Part shown: piece after piece, positions 1-7,747 of the stretch
How the letters are laid out: the number at the start of each line of letters is the position of its first letter
How positions within the stretch are numbered: the first letter of the stretch is position 1
The notes under the pieces: generated by a model
The model's database searches: none
Seen by the model: the letters and a program-made list of their open reading frames with translations, nothing else
Told to the model about the DNA's origin: nothing
Translations under genes and position numbers: made by a program
Virus record (IMG/VR): IMGVR_UViG_3300046508_000002
Coordinates: 1-50,953 of that record
Source of the DNA: a virus
Taxonomy: Duplodnaviria > Caudoviricetes
Length of the DNA stretch: 50,953 nt
Direction: 5' to 3' (one strand)

Positions 1-96
1 ACTAGCGGCGGCACTAGCGGCGGCACTAGCGGCGGCCCAAGCGGCGTCACTAGCGGCGGCACTAGCGGCGGCACTAGCGGCGTCACTAGCGGCGGC
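1..96. repeat. 12-bp tandem repeat (ACTAGCGGCGGC and variants) encoding AAAS/DAAS/DAAW on the minus strand
   Basis: About 8 units are visible directly, in frame with the CDS at 1-507. Confidence 0.9.
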
Positions 97-507
97 ACGT
101 TTTATTTCGTCGCCCGTTTCCAAATACTCTTTGACAATGCGCGGACAATTCCAGAGATGAATGACTTTCAATGCACACTTGCGGGAAAACTCGCGCAAGA
201 TAGGCTCGGCATCAATGCGCGAGATATAGCTGCGCTCGGTCGCTACTGATTTATCGTCACCGTGAACAATCTTGCCGCCTAGTTTGACGCGGAATAGAAC
301 ATTTCCAGGCGCATATTGCAAAGCATCAAGAACTGTTTTTGATGCGTGAAGGCCACTCTCACAAAGAACTGGTTTGCAAGTGACCTTGTGCGTGGTGCCG
401 ATTTTGATCTTGCGACCGTCGCCAAAGCGCAGCGTTTCGGTTTTGTCGGAAAAGTGCCAACCAAGCCAAGTCTTGCGGCGAACAGATTTTGATTTCTTGG
501 CTGTCAT
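1..507 (-). CDS. Conserved phage protein with GLHAS motif and C-terminal AAAS/DAAW repeats (partial, runs off left edge)
   Basis: Not in the ORF track. Manual translation from CAT at 505-507 gives MTAKKSKSVRRKTWLGWHFSDK...CESGLHASKTVLDALQYAPG...RAAASDAASAAAS and stays open to base 1. It has an ATGA overlap with the stop of the 504-737 ORF. Confidence 0.8.
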   Translation of the reverse strand, partial: MTAKKSKSVRRKTWLGWHFSDKTETLRFGDGRKIKIGTTHKVTCKPVLCESGLHASKTVLDALQYAPGNVLFRVKLGGKIVHGDDKSVATERSYISRIDAEPILREFSRKCALKVIHLWNCPRIVKEYLETGDEIKRAAASDAASAAASAAASDAAWAAASAAASAAAS

Positions 508-737
508 GATCCCAACTCGCCGTTGATCTGGCCTTGAATGCCGCTCGGCTGATAATCCCAATCGAGATAGTCGGGCTTGCCGGGATGAAGTTGGCTTTGG
601 CATTTTTCAGATTTCAAAAACTCGGCATTTTCAGTTTTGAATTTCTCGACCCGCGCATAGTGTTCGGCTATCAGCCGCTTGCGCTCAATCTGCCGGTCCA
701 TTGCGGAGGCGAAGTTTTTGAAAATGTCGGTGGTCAT
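504..737 (-). CDS. Hypothetical early protein
   Basis: 77-aa ORF, translationally coupled to the downstream gene and co-oriented with the leftward early cluster. Confidence 0.7.
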   Translation of the reverse strand: MTTDIFKNFASAMDRQIERKRLIAEHYARVEKFKTENAEFLKSEKCQSQLHPGKPDYLDWDYQPSGIQGQINGELGS

Positions 738-745
738 GACGGTCC

Positions 746-865
746 CTATCGCTTCGGAGTAAAAGCAGGGACTTGCGGGCCAAACATCCAGCGCAAAAGC
801 GCAAGCGCCTCTGCGTCTGTCTTGGGGTCAAGATTGACGCCCTTGGTTCGATTGATCTGTTTCAT
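746..865 (-). CDS. Small hypothetical protein (39 aa, MKQINRTKGVNLDPK...)
   Basis: Manual translation. GGGAG Shine-Dalgarno upstream; first gene after the leftward promoter. Confidence 0.55.
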   Translation of the reverse strand: MKQINRTKGVNLDPKTDAEALALLRWMFGPQVPAFTPKR

Positions 866-888
866 GACCGGCTCCCGTTCTGATAGGA

Positions 889-977
889 GCTATAAAGCAC
901 GGCTTAACATCAATGTCAACTTAATAAACCAACTATTTTTCTTGCAATCACGTTTAAGGTGTGATTAAGGTGTTTTC
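889..977. promoter_or_regulatory. Divergent early promoter region: leftward TTGACA -35 (919-914); rightward TTGCAA (942-947) and TAAGGT (966-971); AATCAC-N9-GTGATT palindrome (946-966); CtrA-type box TTAA-N7-TTAA (954-968)
   Basis: AT-rich gap between divergent genes; motifs read directly. The rightward start site would fall near ATG 978, suggesting a leaderless cro-like mRNA (inference). Confidence 0.65.
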
Positions 978-1220
978 ATGCTTGAACACCATCCCGAACA
1001 GCCCGATCCTCAAACTATTGCCTTAAAGGACGCTATAGAGGCCGCCAACGGCCTTACGGGCCTCGCCCGTGCGTTGGGCGGTGTTACCCCTCAAGCAATA
1101 TGCCAATGGCGGGTTACGCCAGCCCTGCGCGTTCTAGAGGTCGAACGGGTAACGGGGGTATCCAGACACCGCCTAAGACCCGATTTGTACCCGATTGAGA
1201 ATGGTGCGGTGCAGCAATGA
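978..1220 (+). CDS. Cro/YdaS-like HTH transcriptional regulator
   Basis: GLTGLARALGGVTPQAICQW...GVSRHRLRPDLY is typical of YdaS/Cro-like proteins; first gene of the rightward operon. Confidence 0.85.
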   Translation: MLEHHPEQPDPQTIALKDAIEAANGLTGLARALGGVTPQAICQWRVTPALRVLEVERVTGVSRHRLRPDLYPIENGAVQQ

Positions 1221-1741
1221 GCCGCATTAATCGAGAAAATGAGGGATTACTATCCCACGCGGAACTTTTAACTCATCTCCGATACGATCCGACCACTGGT
1301 TTTTTCTACGCTCTCACAAACAGGAAAAGCAAACTTAAGATCGGACAACCTCTTGGAGGCTCTCTAACTACCACTGGTTATAGAAGAATATGCGTTTTCC
1401 AGAAAAATTATTACATTCATCGTTTGGTCTGGTTTTATGTTCATAAAAAATGGCCAGCGGAGTATATAGATCACGTAAATATGGACCGAAGCGATAATCG
1501 GCTCTGCAATTTGCGCGAGGCTAACATTTTTCAAAATAGGTATAACGCTCTGAAAAGAAAAGATAATACAAGTGGAATGAAGGGGATTAGTTGGAATAAA
1601 AAATCAAACCAGTGGATAGTCCAAATAAACGCTAATAAGAAAAAGCACTTTTTAGGTGGCTTTACCGATAAAACAAAAGCTTACGAAGCCCGTCTTAAGG
1701 CAATGCAGCAGCTTCATGGTGAGTTTGCGAGGATTTCCTAA
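1217..1741 (+). CDS. HNH homing endonuclease with C-terminal AP2-like domain
   Basis: YDPTTG..., HRLVW...IDHVN...DNRLCNLREA, then NTSGMKGISW...W.VQI...LGGF; AT-rich. Confidence 0.9.
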   Translation: MSRINRENEGLLSHAELLTHLRYDPTTGFFYALTNRKSKLKIGQPLGGSLTTTGYRRICVFQKNYYIHRLVWFYVHKKWPAEYIDHVNMDRSDNRLCNLREANIFQNRYNALKRKDNTSGMKGISWNKKSNQWIVQINANKKKHFLGGFTDKTKAYEARLKAMQQLHGEFARIS

Positions 1742-2019
1742 TGGGTCGTCTGAGCGAACATTACCAATTTGCCGGCGACACCTACGCGCCCGCGCTCGAT
1801 CACAAGCGTTTGTCTGGCCAATTGGAACGGGTGTTTACCGCCATGTCGGACGGCCAATGGCACTCGCTTGATTGGTTAGCTGTGCAGGCTGATGGCACTG
1901 AGGCGTCGGTGTCAGCCAGATTGCGCGACCTTCGTAAAAGCCGCCACGGATCGCGCGTCATAGATCGGCGGCGGGTCGGAACGACTGGCTTGTTTCAGTA
2001 CCGATTGGTGGGGCCATGA
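1741..2019 (+). CDS. Winged-helix DNA-binding phage protein
   Basis: MSDGQWHSL...GTEASVSARLRDLRK pattern; TAATG coupling. Confidence 0.65.
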   Translation: MGRLSEHYQFAGDTYAPALDHKRLSGQLERVFTAMSDGQWHSLDWLAVQADGTEASVSARLRDLRKSRHGSRVIDRRRVGTTGLFQYRLVGP

Positions 2020-2567
2020 GCCTAAACGGGATTAATTCAATTTGGTCAACAATACCAGGGCTTTTCGATGCTCTAGCCAAGTCCATTAAAGATAATTTAT
2101 CAGCCAAAAAGACCGCTGAAAACCTTTCAGAGCTAGCGGGCCAGCACATAAGCAAAAATTCCGTTATCAGCAAATCACACCGATCAGGGTTGCCAAGTTT
2201 CCAATCCGGCGAGGATGGCAAATATCCCCGCAAGCCAAAGCAGCCCCGCAAATCCCGCCAAGTCCCTATCAACATAACCCGGCAGAAAGTTCCTTCACGG
2301 GAGCTTCCTGACGAATTGCCGATGCAGGCGGATTTTCTTGGTCTGACTATCGAAGAAGTCGGGGACCATCAGTGCCGCTATCCACATGGCGAGCAGGTTC
2401 CATATCTATTCTGCGGCAATCCAGTGAAGGGCGAATCCTCCTGGTGTCCCTATCATTTCAATATCGTGAGCGCAGGAATCCCGTCATTCAAAAAACCAGG
2501 GGAAAGTCATGAGTCTTATGGAACACCGGGTGGACCACTGCCACTCAGCCGAGGACGTATGGGTTGA
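2016..2567 (+). CDS. gcrA: GcrA-family cell-cycle regulator homolog
   Basis: N-terminal HTH (SAKKTAENL...ISKNSVISKSHRSGL) and C-terminal LTIEEVGDHQCRYPHGE...FCGNPV...WCPYH, the GcrA signature. Confidence 0.85.
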   Translation: MSLNGINSIWSTIPGLFDALAKSIKDNLSAKKTAENLSELAGQHISKNSVISKSHRSGLPSFQSGEDGKYPRKPKQPRKSRQVPINITRQKVPSRELPDELPMQADFLGLTIEEVGDHQCRYPHGEQVPYLFCGNPVKGESSWCPYHFNIVSAGIPSFKKPGESHESYGTPGGPLPLSRGRMG

Positions 2568-3060
2568 AGTTCTAAAAGTTAGGAAGCGTCGGATGGCTGA
2601 CCGGCCTAGGCCGCTCCAAAAACCACCTGTAGTTAGTTCTCCATCGCTTTTTGAATTGGTCAAGCAGGCCGAGTTTATGCCGCCGCCTGTGATGATACCT
2701 ATTTACATACCGAAACAGCTGCCTCCTGAACCGCCAATGTATCAAATTTCAATTCGTAGCATCCAGCGCACGGTTTGCCGAGTGTGGAAAATAGGTTTGA
2801 TTGAACTTTTATCACATTCCAGAACGCCAAGATGCACGGTTCCGCGTCATGTTTCATTTGTTTTATGCAAAATGCTGACTCTTAAAAGCTCCACAGAAAT
2901 TGCCCGTGCCTGTAGTGACCGCGATCATTCAACGGCGATCCATGCTTTTCAGAAATATCAATGGCTAATTGATCGACTGCTTTTAGACATGAGCCCATCA
3001 GATTTTCTATCCGAATGGGTCAACCGGGCATATGAGCTTGTGACTGAGAGAAACGGTTGA
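2509..3060 (+). CDS. Protein with a DnaA C-terminal (domain IV) HTH
   Basis: ISIRSIQRTVC...LLSHSRT...PRHVSFVLCKMLTLKSSTEIARACSDRDHSTAIHA resembles DnaA domain IV (RDHTTV motif). No AAA+ domain. Confidence 0.8.
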   Translation: MSLMEHRVDHCHSAEDVWVEVLKVRKRRMADRPRPLQKPPVVSSPSLFELVKQAEFMPPPVMIPIYIPKQLPPEPPMYQISIRSIQRTVCRVWKIGLIELLSHSRTPRCTVPRHVSFVLCKMLTLKSSTEIARACSDRDHSTAIHAFQKYQWLIDRLLLDMSPSDFLSEWVNRAYELVTERNG

Positions 3061-3722
3061 TGATTGATATTTCCATACTTCGCGCGATGGTCGCGGCGGG
3101 TGCTCCCGTCGAGGCTGTTCTCGCCGCAGTCGAGGCCGACCAACTGGCCGAGGGCGTGCGAGTGCAGGCGCGAAGGCTAAAGGACCGCGACCGGCAACGC
3201 CTCCACCGTCACGCGGACATCGCAGAGTCACACACCGTCACGCGGAGTCACAGTGACACCGCGCTATCTCTTTCTCTTTCTTCTTCCTTACTTTCTGTTG
3301 TTTCTGAAGGCTCTAAGGAAGGAAGCAAGGAAGTTAAGACGGTAGTTGTGGAAGGGCGGAAACGAAAAACCCACTTGCCGGACGATTGGACCGTGAAGGC
3401 AACTCATTACGAGAAAGCCAATAAACGTGGGTTTTCTGAAAGCCAAGTCGATCAAAAGGCCGACGACATGCGAAATTGGGCAAAGTCGAAGGGGATCATG
3501 CGCGTTGATTGGGATGCAACATTTCACGGATTTATCAGACCAAGGGAAAATGCACATGGATTCGGAGGACCGCGACCACTTCAAGATGATAGCAAATCAA
3601 TTTCTAGAGCCGCCGGACGCCTTGCCGAGAGGGCCGAACGTGGCGAGCAAATCTGGAAGCCTAGACCAAGCCTATTGCCTCAAGATGACTCAGGTGCTCT
3701 TCGCCTGTTACCGAAAAGATGA
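3057..3722 (+). CDS. Putative phage replication initiator protein
   Basis: Basic linker, LPDDW and DWDATF motifs, and position in the early operon. Confidence 0.6.
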   Translation: MMIDISILRAMVAAGAPVEAVLAAVEADQLAEGVRVQARRLKDRDRQRLHRHADIAESHTVTRSHSDTALSLSLSSSLLSVVSEGSKEGSKEVKTVVVEGRKRKTHLPDDWTVKATHYEKANKRGFSESQVDQKADDMRNWAKSKGIMRVDWDATFHGFIRPRENAHGFGGPRPLQDDSKSISRAAGRLAERAERGEQIWKPRPSLLPQDDSGALRLLPKR

Positions 3723-4062
3723 GGCACATGACGCTGATTTATATTGCGCTGCGGTAGCATCGGTTCTGGCGGATTATTCGCGGGAGGTTGTCGAGCGCGT
3801 GACTGATCCTCGCACTGGCATTGCGGCGGAAATGAAATTCCTGCCAGCGGTGGCAGAGATTATTTCGTTTTGTGACCGCACGGTAAAGCGTCTGGAATTG
3901 ATGGCAAAACCTCAGTTAAGGGCTGTTCCATACGTTCCTCCACCGATTAAACCAGGACAGATCGACGCCACTCAATTTGCAAAGCTAGTGGCTGAAGAGA
4001 AAATACCTTTGAGGCCAACGGGGGCGTTTGAACCTGGAGGCTATCTTGGCCCTCGCTCGTAA
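3550..4062 (+). CDS. Putative replication protein / helicase-loader-like (start uncertain; overlaps the upstream gene)
   Basis: LFACYRKD...AAVASVLADYS...VTDPRTGI...FLPAVAEI follows the initiator gene. ATG 3550 has an AAGGGA SD. Confidence 0.5.
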   Translation: MHMDSEDRDHFKMIANQFLEPPDALPRGPNVASKSGSLDQAYCLKMTQVLFACYRKDEAHDADLYCAAVASVLADYSREVVERVTDPRTGIAAEMKFLPAVAEIISFCDRTVKRLELMAKPQLRAVPYVPPPIKPGQIDATQFAKLVAEEKIPLRPTGAFEPGGYLGPRS

Positions 4063-4249
4063 CCTCACTCACAATCTTCTATTCGTCTTTGCACAGATTG
4101 ACGCCATGCATGGGGTTGAGCGTGAACTGATTTCTACTTGTCCTGAATGTAAGGGATTTGGAAAACTCATTGGGATCAGTGGTGAGCGTAGAAAACTATG
4201 CCCGATGTGCAATGCAACAGGATGGTTCAATGGCCAAGCGACAAACTGA
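4046..4249 (+). CDS. Small zinc-finger protein (CxxCxGxG...CxxCxxxG)
   Basis: CPECKGFG and CPMCNATG motifs; GGAGG-N5-TTG start at 4046. Confidence 0.55.
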   Translation: MALARNLTHNLLFVFAQIDAMHGVERELISTCPECKGFGKLIGISGERRKLCPMCNATGWFNGQATN

Positions 4250-4796
4250 AAAGGTACATGACCGTCGATCATCGGACCTTCCGACTAATTCTATAGTCTC
4301 GATAGCCATTGTTGCTGACCCTTATTCAGATATTGGGGAGAAAATAGAAGTTTTACGCTCAGTCCGCGACGATCCGCTTGCTGGAATGCTTTCAAGAAAT
4401 CAAATAGACCAAGCTCAATATGAGGCAGGCCGCCAGTGGCAGCGGTTTCATGAACAGTCGGAAATAGGATCAAACTTACGCTCTATAGACCCAACGAAAG
4501 AGGCTGTTGATGGTGGCAGAGTGCCAGAAATGCTATCTGACGCGCAAATGAAAGCTTTTAGGGCTTTAGCGGGGGCCGATAAGGAACTCGGGCCATTGGG
4601 GGCAGGCTTGCTAAGGGATATTCTTGGAAAGTGCATGACTGTATCGCAAGCCGCGTTACGCCGTGAATTTTATACACAGTACGCCGTTAAGGCAATTGGG
4701 AAGCATTTCAGGTGGAGTTTAGAACGTTTGGCAATTCGATGGGGTTATGCACAATCAAAACAACCATTTTTGCATTTCGACGGTAAATCGTTATGA
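4230..4796 (+). CDS. DUF6456-like protein, possible late-gene transcription regulator (Q-like position)
   Basis: RDDPLAGMLSRNQIDQAQYEAG motif and a C-terminal HTH-like segment. It is the last gene before the late promoter and terminase; the function is inferred from position. Confidence 0.55.
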   Translation: MAKRQTEKVHDRRSSDLPTNSIVSIAIVADPYSDIGEKIEVLRSVRDDPLAGMLSRNQIDQAQYEAGRQWQRFHEQSEIGSNLRSIDPTKEAVDGGRVPEMLSDAQMKAFRALAGADKELGPLGAGLLRDILGKCMTVSQAALRREFYTQYAVKAIGKHFRWSLERLAIRWGYAQSKQPFLHFDGKSL

Positions 4797-4902
4797 TTCG
4801 TCACGCTCGCAAATCGCGACAGATTTTCAATTCCAGGGTCGCTCCTGGAATGCGCGCCAGGTCGCTACAGCTACCAAATGCTCCCCAAGCTGACCGGCGC
4901 GC
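4770..4902 (+). promoter_or_regulatory. Putative late promoter (TTGCAT-16-TATGAT) followed by a structured leader
   Basis: -35 at 4770-4775 and -10 at 4792-4797. Hairpins ATTCCAGG/CCTGGAAT (4830-4851) and GCGCGCC/GGCGCGC (4852-4902). Confidence 0.5.
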
Positions 4903-4927
4903 TCAAATTCCCATGAGACAGTAAATC

Positions 4928-5362
4928 ATGACGGTACTCAGCAACTCCAAACATGAAATATATGCACAGGCCCGCGCAACTGGTAAAATACGCATTAAAG
5001 CCTATGAAATGGCCGGATACGTTCCAGATGATGGAAACGCAGCCAAACTTGAGGCCAGACCAGAAATACAAGTTCGCATACATGAAATTACAAGTAAGGG
5101 TGCGGAACGCGCTGAAGTCACTGTGGCATCGCTGTTAAATGAATTGGACCATGCACTAGCTCTTGCTATGTCGATTGAACAACCTGCAGCGGCGGTTGCG
5201 GCTATTCGTGAGAAGGGCATCTTGTCTGGCAAGCGCATTGAGCGTCTTGAACAGGGCGAACCTGGGGAGTTTGAGCGGCTGGACGATGGCGAGCTTCTTG
5301 TTGAGATTATGCGGATGAACAGCGAAGCCAATGTTTCCTTGGATGAAGAAACCCAGCATTAA
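4928..5362 (+). CDS. terS: Terminase small subunit
   Basis: KHEIYAQ...AYEMAGY...NAAKL...PEIQVRI HTH pattern, upstream of TerL. Confidence 0.85.
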   Translation: MTVLSNSKHEIYAQARATGKIRIKAYEMAGYVPDDGNAAKLEARPEIQVRIHEITSKGAERAEVTVASLLNELDHALALAMSIEQPAAAVAAIREKGILSGKRIERLEQGEPGEFERLDDGELLVEIMRMNSEANVSLDEETQH

Positions 5363-5363
5363 A

Positions 5364-5582
5364 ATGCCGGCTTTGCGGGGGAAGACATCGGAATCTGTGT
5401 TCGATAGTTTCTATTGTTCCACCTGCGGCGAAGTTACCCATCTTAAATCAAAAGCACAAATCCCGCTCGGCCTCATCACCTGTTATTGTCAAACCTGCAA
5501 ACGCATTAACGAATGTATCCCTATTACCCATCTCGATGCCCATCTGAAAAATGAATGCCCCAATCCCGCGCAAGAAGCTTGA
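5364..5582 (+). CDS. Small zinc-ribbon protein
   Basis: CSTC and CQTC motifs; fills the terS-terL gap. Confidence 0.45.
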   Translation: MPALRGKTSESVFDSFYCSTCGEVTHLKSKAQIPLGLITCYCQTCKRINECIPITHLDAHLKNECPNPAQEA

Positions 5583-7242
5583 GCGATTAGCTGAGGCGCT
5601 TGCTGAATACCAACGCCGTAAAGCTAAGAAAGAACAATCCCAGCGCGGTTGGTATGACAAGGACGGTATTAGGCAGGGCGGCCTAATGGCGTTTGTGCGG
5701 TATTATTGGCACATCCTTGAACCCGAAACAGAATTGATCGACGGCTGGCCACTTTGGGCCATTTGCGAACATCTTGAAGCGGTAACGTTTGGAGAAATAA
5801 CTCGACTACTGATTAATGTCCCGCCTGGGTTTATGAAGTCGTTATTGACCGATGTGTTCTGGCCGGCGTGGGAATGGGGGCCACTAAATCTAGCTCACCT
5901 TCGATATGTGGCGTTTAGTTATTCAGCTACTTTGACGGAGCGCGACAACAACCGGTTTGCCGATCTTATTATCAGTCGCGAATATCAGGAATTGTGGAGC
6001 AATGTTGTCGTTCCTGTAAAGACAGGAGCGCAGCGTGTTACCAATACCAAGAAAGGATGGAAGCTCGCTTCGTCTGTTGGAGGTGTTGGCACTGGAGAGA
6101 GAGGCGATAGGATCATTCTGGACGATCCTAACAACGTCAAGGAAGCCGAATCCTTAATTGTCAGAACAGAGACAATACGTTGGTTTCGGGAATCCATGTC
6201 AAACCGTTTGAACGATTCCGAAAACGGCGTGATCGTCATCATCATGCAGCGGGTTCATGCGGATGACGTATCCGGGGCAATATTGGATTTGCAATTGGAT
6301 TACTGCCACTTGATGATTCCAATGGAATACGATGCAGGCCGGGCATTGGATGAAGACGGTAATTTGATCACAACTGAAATCGGATGGGTTGATCCGCGTT
6401 GCGTACAAACTGCACCTTTCACCAATGATGGAATGCTTGCTTGGACTAAGAGATTCCCCCCGCATGTCGTCGAGCGCATTAAAAAGGAAGTTGGCCCCTA
6501 TTCGTGGGCCGGGCAATACGGACAATCACCCGCTCCGCGTGGTGGCGGCATTTTTAAAACTGAATGGTGGCAGGTTTGGGATAGCCCGGATGGGAAGTTT
6601 CCGATATTTGATCTCGTTATTGCCTCAGTGGATAGCGCGTTTACTGCAAATCAATTGAATGATCCAACCGGCATGACGGTTTGGGGCGTCTGGCATAAGG
6701 ACGGCAAGCGCCGACTGATGCTAATAAATGCGTGGCGCAAGCATTTAGCGTTTTCAGGTGTTCGCACACCTTACGAACCAGGTGAAAGCAAGGCGCAATG
6801 GCAGCGCCGCACACAACCCACTTGGGGATTGCTCGAATGGATTCAGTACACCTGCGAACGGTTCAAGGTGGACAAGTTGCTGATCGAGGCGAAGGCGTCG
6901 GGGATCAGCGCAGCACAGGAATTGCAAAACAGATACGGACGACAGGATTGGTCAACGCAGTTGTGTCCAGTGAAGGGGGACAAGGTTGCGCGTGCGACAG
7001 CGGTACAAGCGACATTCAGCAATCTGGGTGTGTATGCGCCGATCCGTGACTGGTCTGAAATGGTTATTGAGGAAATGGCCGTGTTCCCCACTCATAAATA
7101 TGACGATCTAACTGACAGTTCCACGCAGGCCGTGAAATATCTGCGCGATAGCGGAATGGCCCCGACCGATGAGGAAGTTCTGTACGAGCAGCAAGAAGCT
7201 GTGACGCTCAAGCCGAAACAAAAAGTTTTATACCCGATCTAG
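5551..7242 (+). CDS. terL: Terminase large subunit
   Basis: LLINVPPGFMKS Walker A, IILDDP Walker B, IIMQR motif, nuclease acidic residues (SVDSA, IEAKASG, DDLTDSSTQA). Confidence 0.95.
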   Translation: MNAPIPRKKLERLAEALAEYQRRKAKKEQSQRGWYDKDGIRQGGLMAFVRYYWHILEPETELIDGWPLWAICEHLEAVTFGEITRLLINVPPGFMKSLLTDVFWPAWEWGPLNLAHLRYVAFSYSATLTERDNNRFADLIISREYQELWSNVVVPVKTGAQRVTNTKKGWKLASSVGGVGTGERGDRIILDDPNNVKEAESLIVRTETIRWFRESMSNRLNDSENGVIVIIMQRVHADDVSGAILDLQLDYCHLMIPMEYDAGRALDEDGNLITTEIGWVDPRCVQTAPFTNDGMLAWTKRFPPHVVERIKKEVGPYSWAGQYGQSPAPRGGGIFKTEWWQVWDSPDGKFPIFDLVIASVDSAFTANQLNDPTGMTVWGVWHKDGKRRLMLINAWRKHLAFSGVRTPYEPGESKAQWQRRTQPTWGLLEWIQYTCERFKVDKLLIEAKASGISAAQELQNRYGRQDWSTQLCPVKGDKVARATAVQATFSNLGVYAPIRDWSEMVIEEMAVFPTHKYDDLTDSSTQAVKYLRDSGMAPTDEEVLYEQQEAVTLKPKQKVLYPI

Positions 7243-7266
7243 GAGTACGGGAACGAAGAGGGAAAT

Positions 7267-7440
7267 ATGTATTTTGGATTAACGATGCATATAATAATTG
7301 GCAATTTTCGTTGCGGACTTTTGATCTTTCCATTTTCTTGGCATTTGAAATTAAAAAAATATAATAGAATTGAGGGCACGGCTCTTATGATTGGTCCTAT
7401 TTCATTTACGGTTAACAGACCGATGTTCAACGATAAGTAG
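7267..7440 (+). CDS. Small AT-rich hypothetical protein (57 aa)
   Basis: Manual translation MYFGLTMHIIIGNFRCG...FNDK with a GAGGGA SD; fills the gap on the coding strand. Confidence 0.45.
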   Translation: MYFGLTMHIIIGNFRCGLLIFPFSWHLKLKKYNRIEGTALMIGPISFTVNRPMFNDK

Positions 7441-7453
7441 GGAGACTTTAGTA

Positions 7454-7747
7454 ATGGCATTCAACGCTAGAACACCGCACATCATCGGTTCAACGCCAAA
7501 ACTTTCACAGGACCAGATAGCTGTGATTGATGTTTGCAAAGAAACGCTTGCTCAGGCACTCGCGGGTGAAATCACATCTATAGCCATCGTAGCTTGCATG
7601 AAGTCAGGCTATGCCACGGTTATGTCTGGTCGGCAGGCTTCCGATCTGTTCATGGGGGCTGGTAGTTTGCAGCGTAAAATCCTTAGTGCAGTTGAGAAGT
7701 CAGGCGAAGAAGTGGTCCGGCAGATCAACCCGGAATCGATTATGTAA
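7454..7747 (+). CDS. Hypothetical protein
   Basis: GGGAG SD before ATG 7454; abuts the portal start. Confidence 0.7.
   Translation: MAFNARTPHIIGSTPKLSQDQIAVIDVCKETLAQALAGEITSIAIVACMKSGYATVMSGRQASDLFMGAGSLQRKILSAVEKSGEEVVRQINPESIM

Noticed and set aside
1-96. Short repeats as a CRISPR array or iteron set
   Set aside because: They are contiguous 12-bp units without spacers and encode in-frame Ala-rich repeats of a CDS.
534-968. 144-aa plus-strand ORF
   Set aside because: It is antisense to two better-supported leftward genes and runs across the promoter region.
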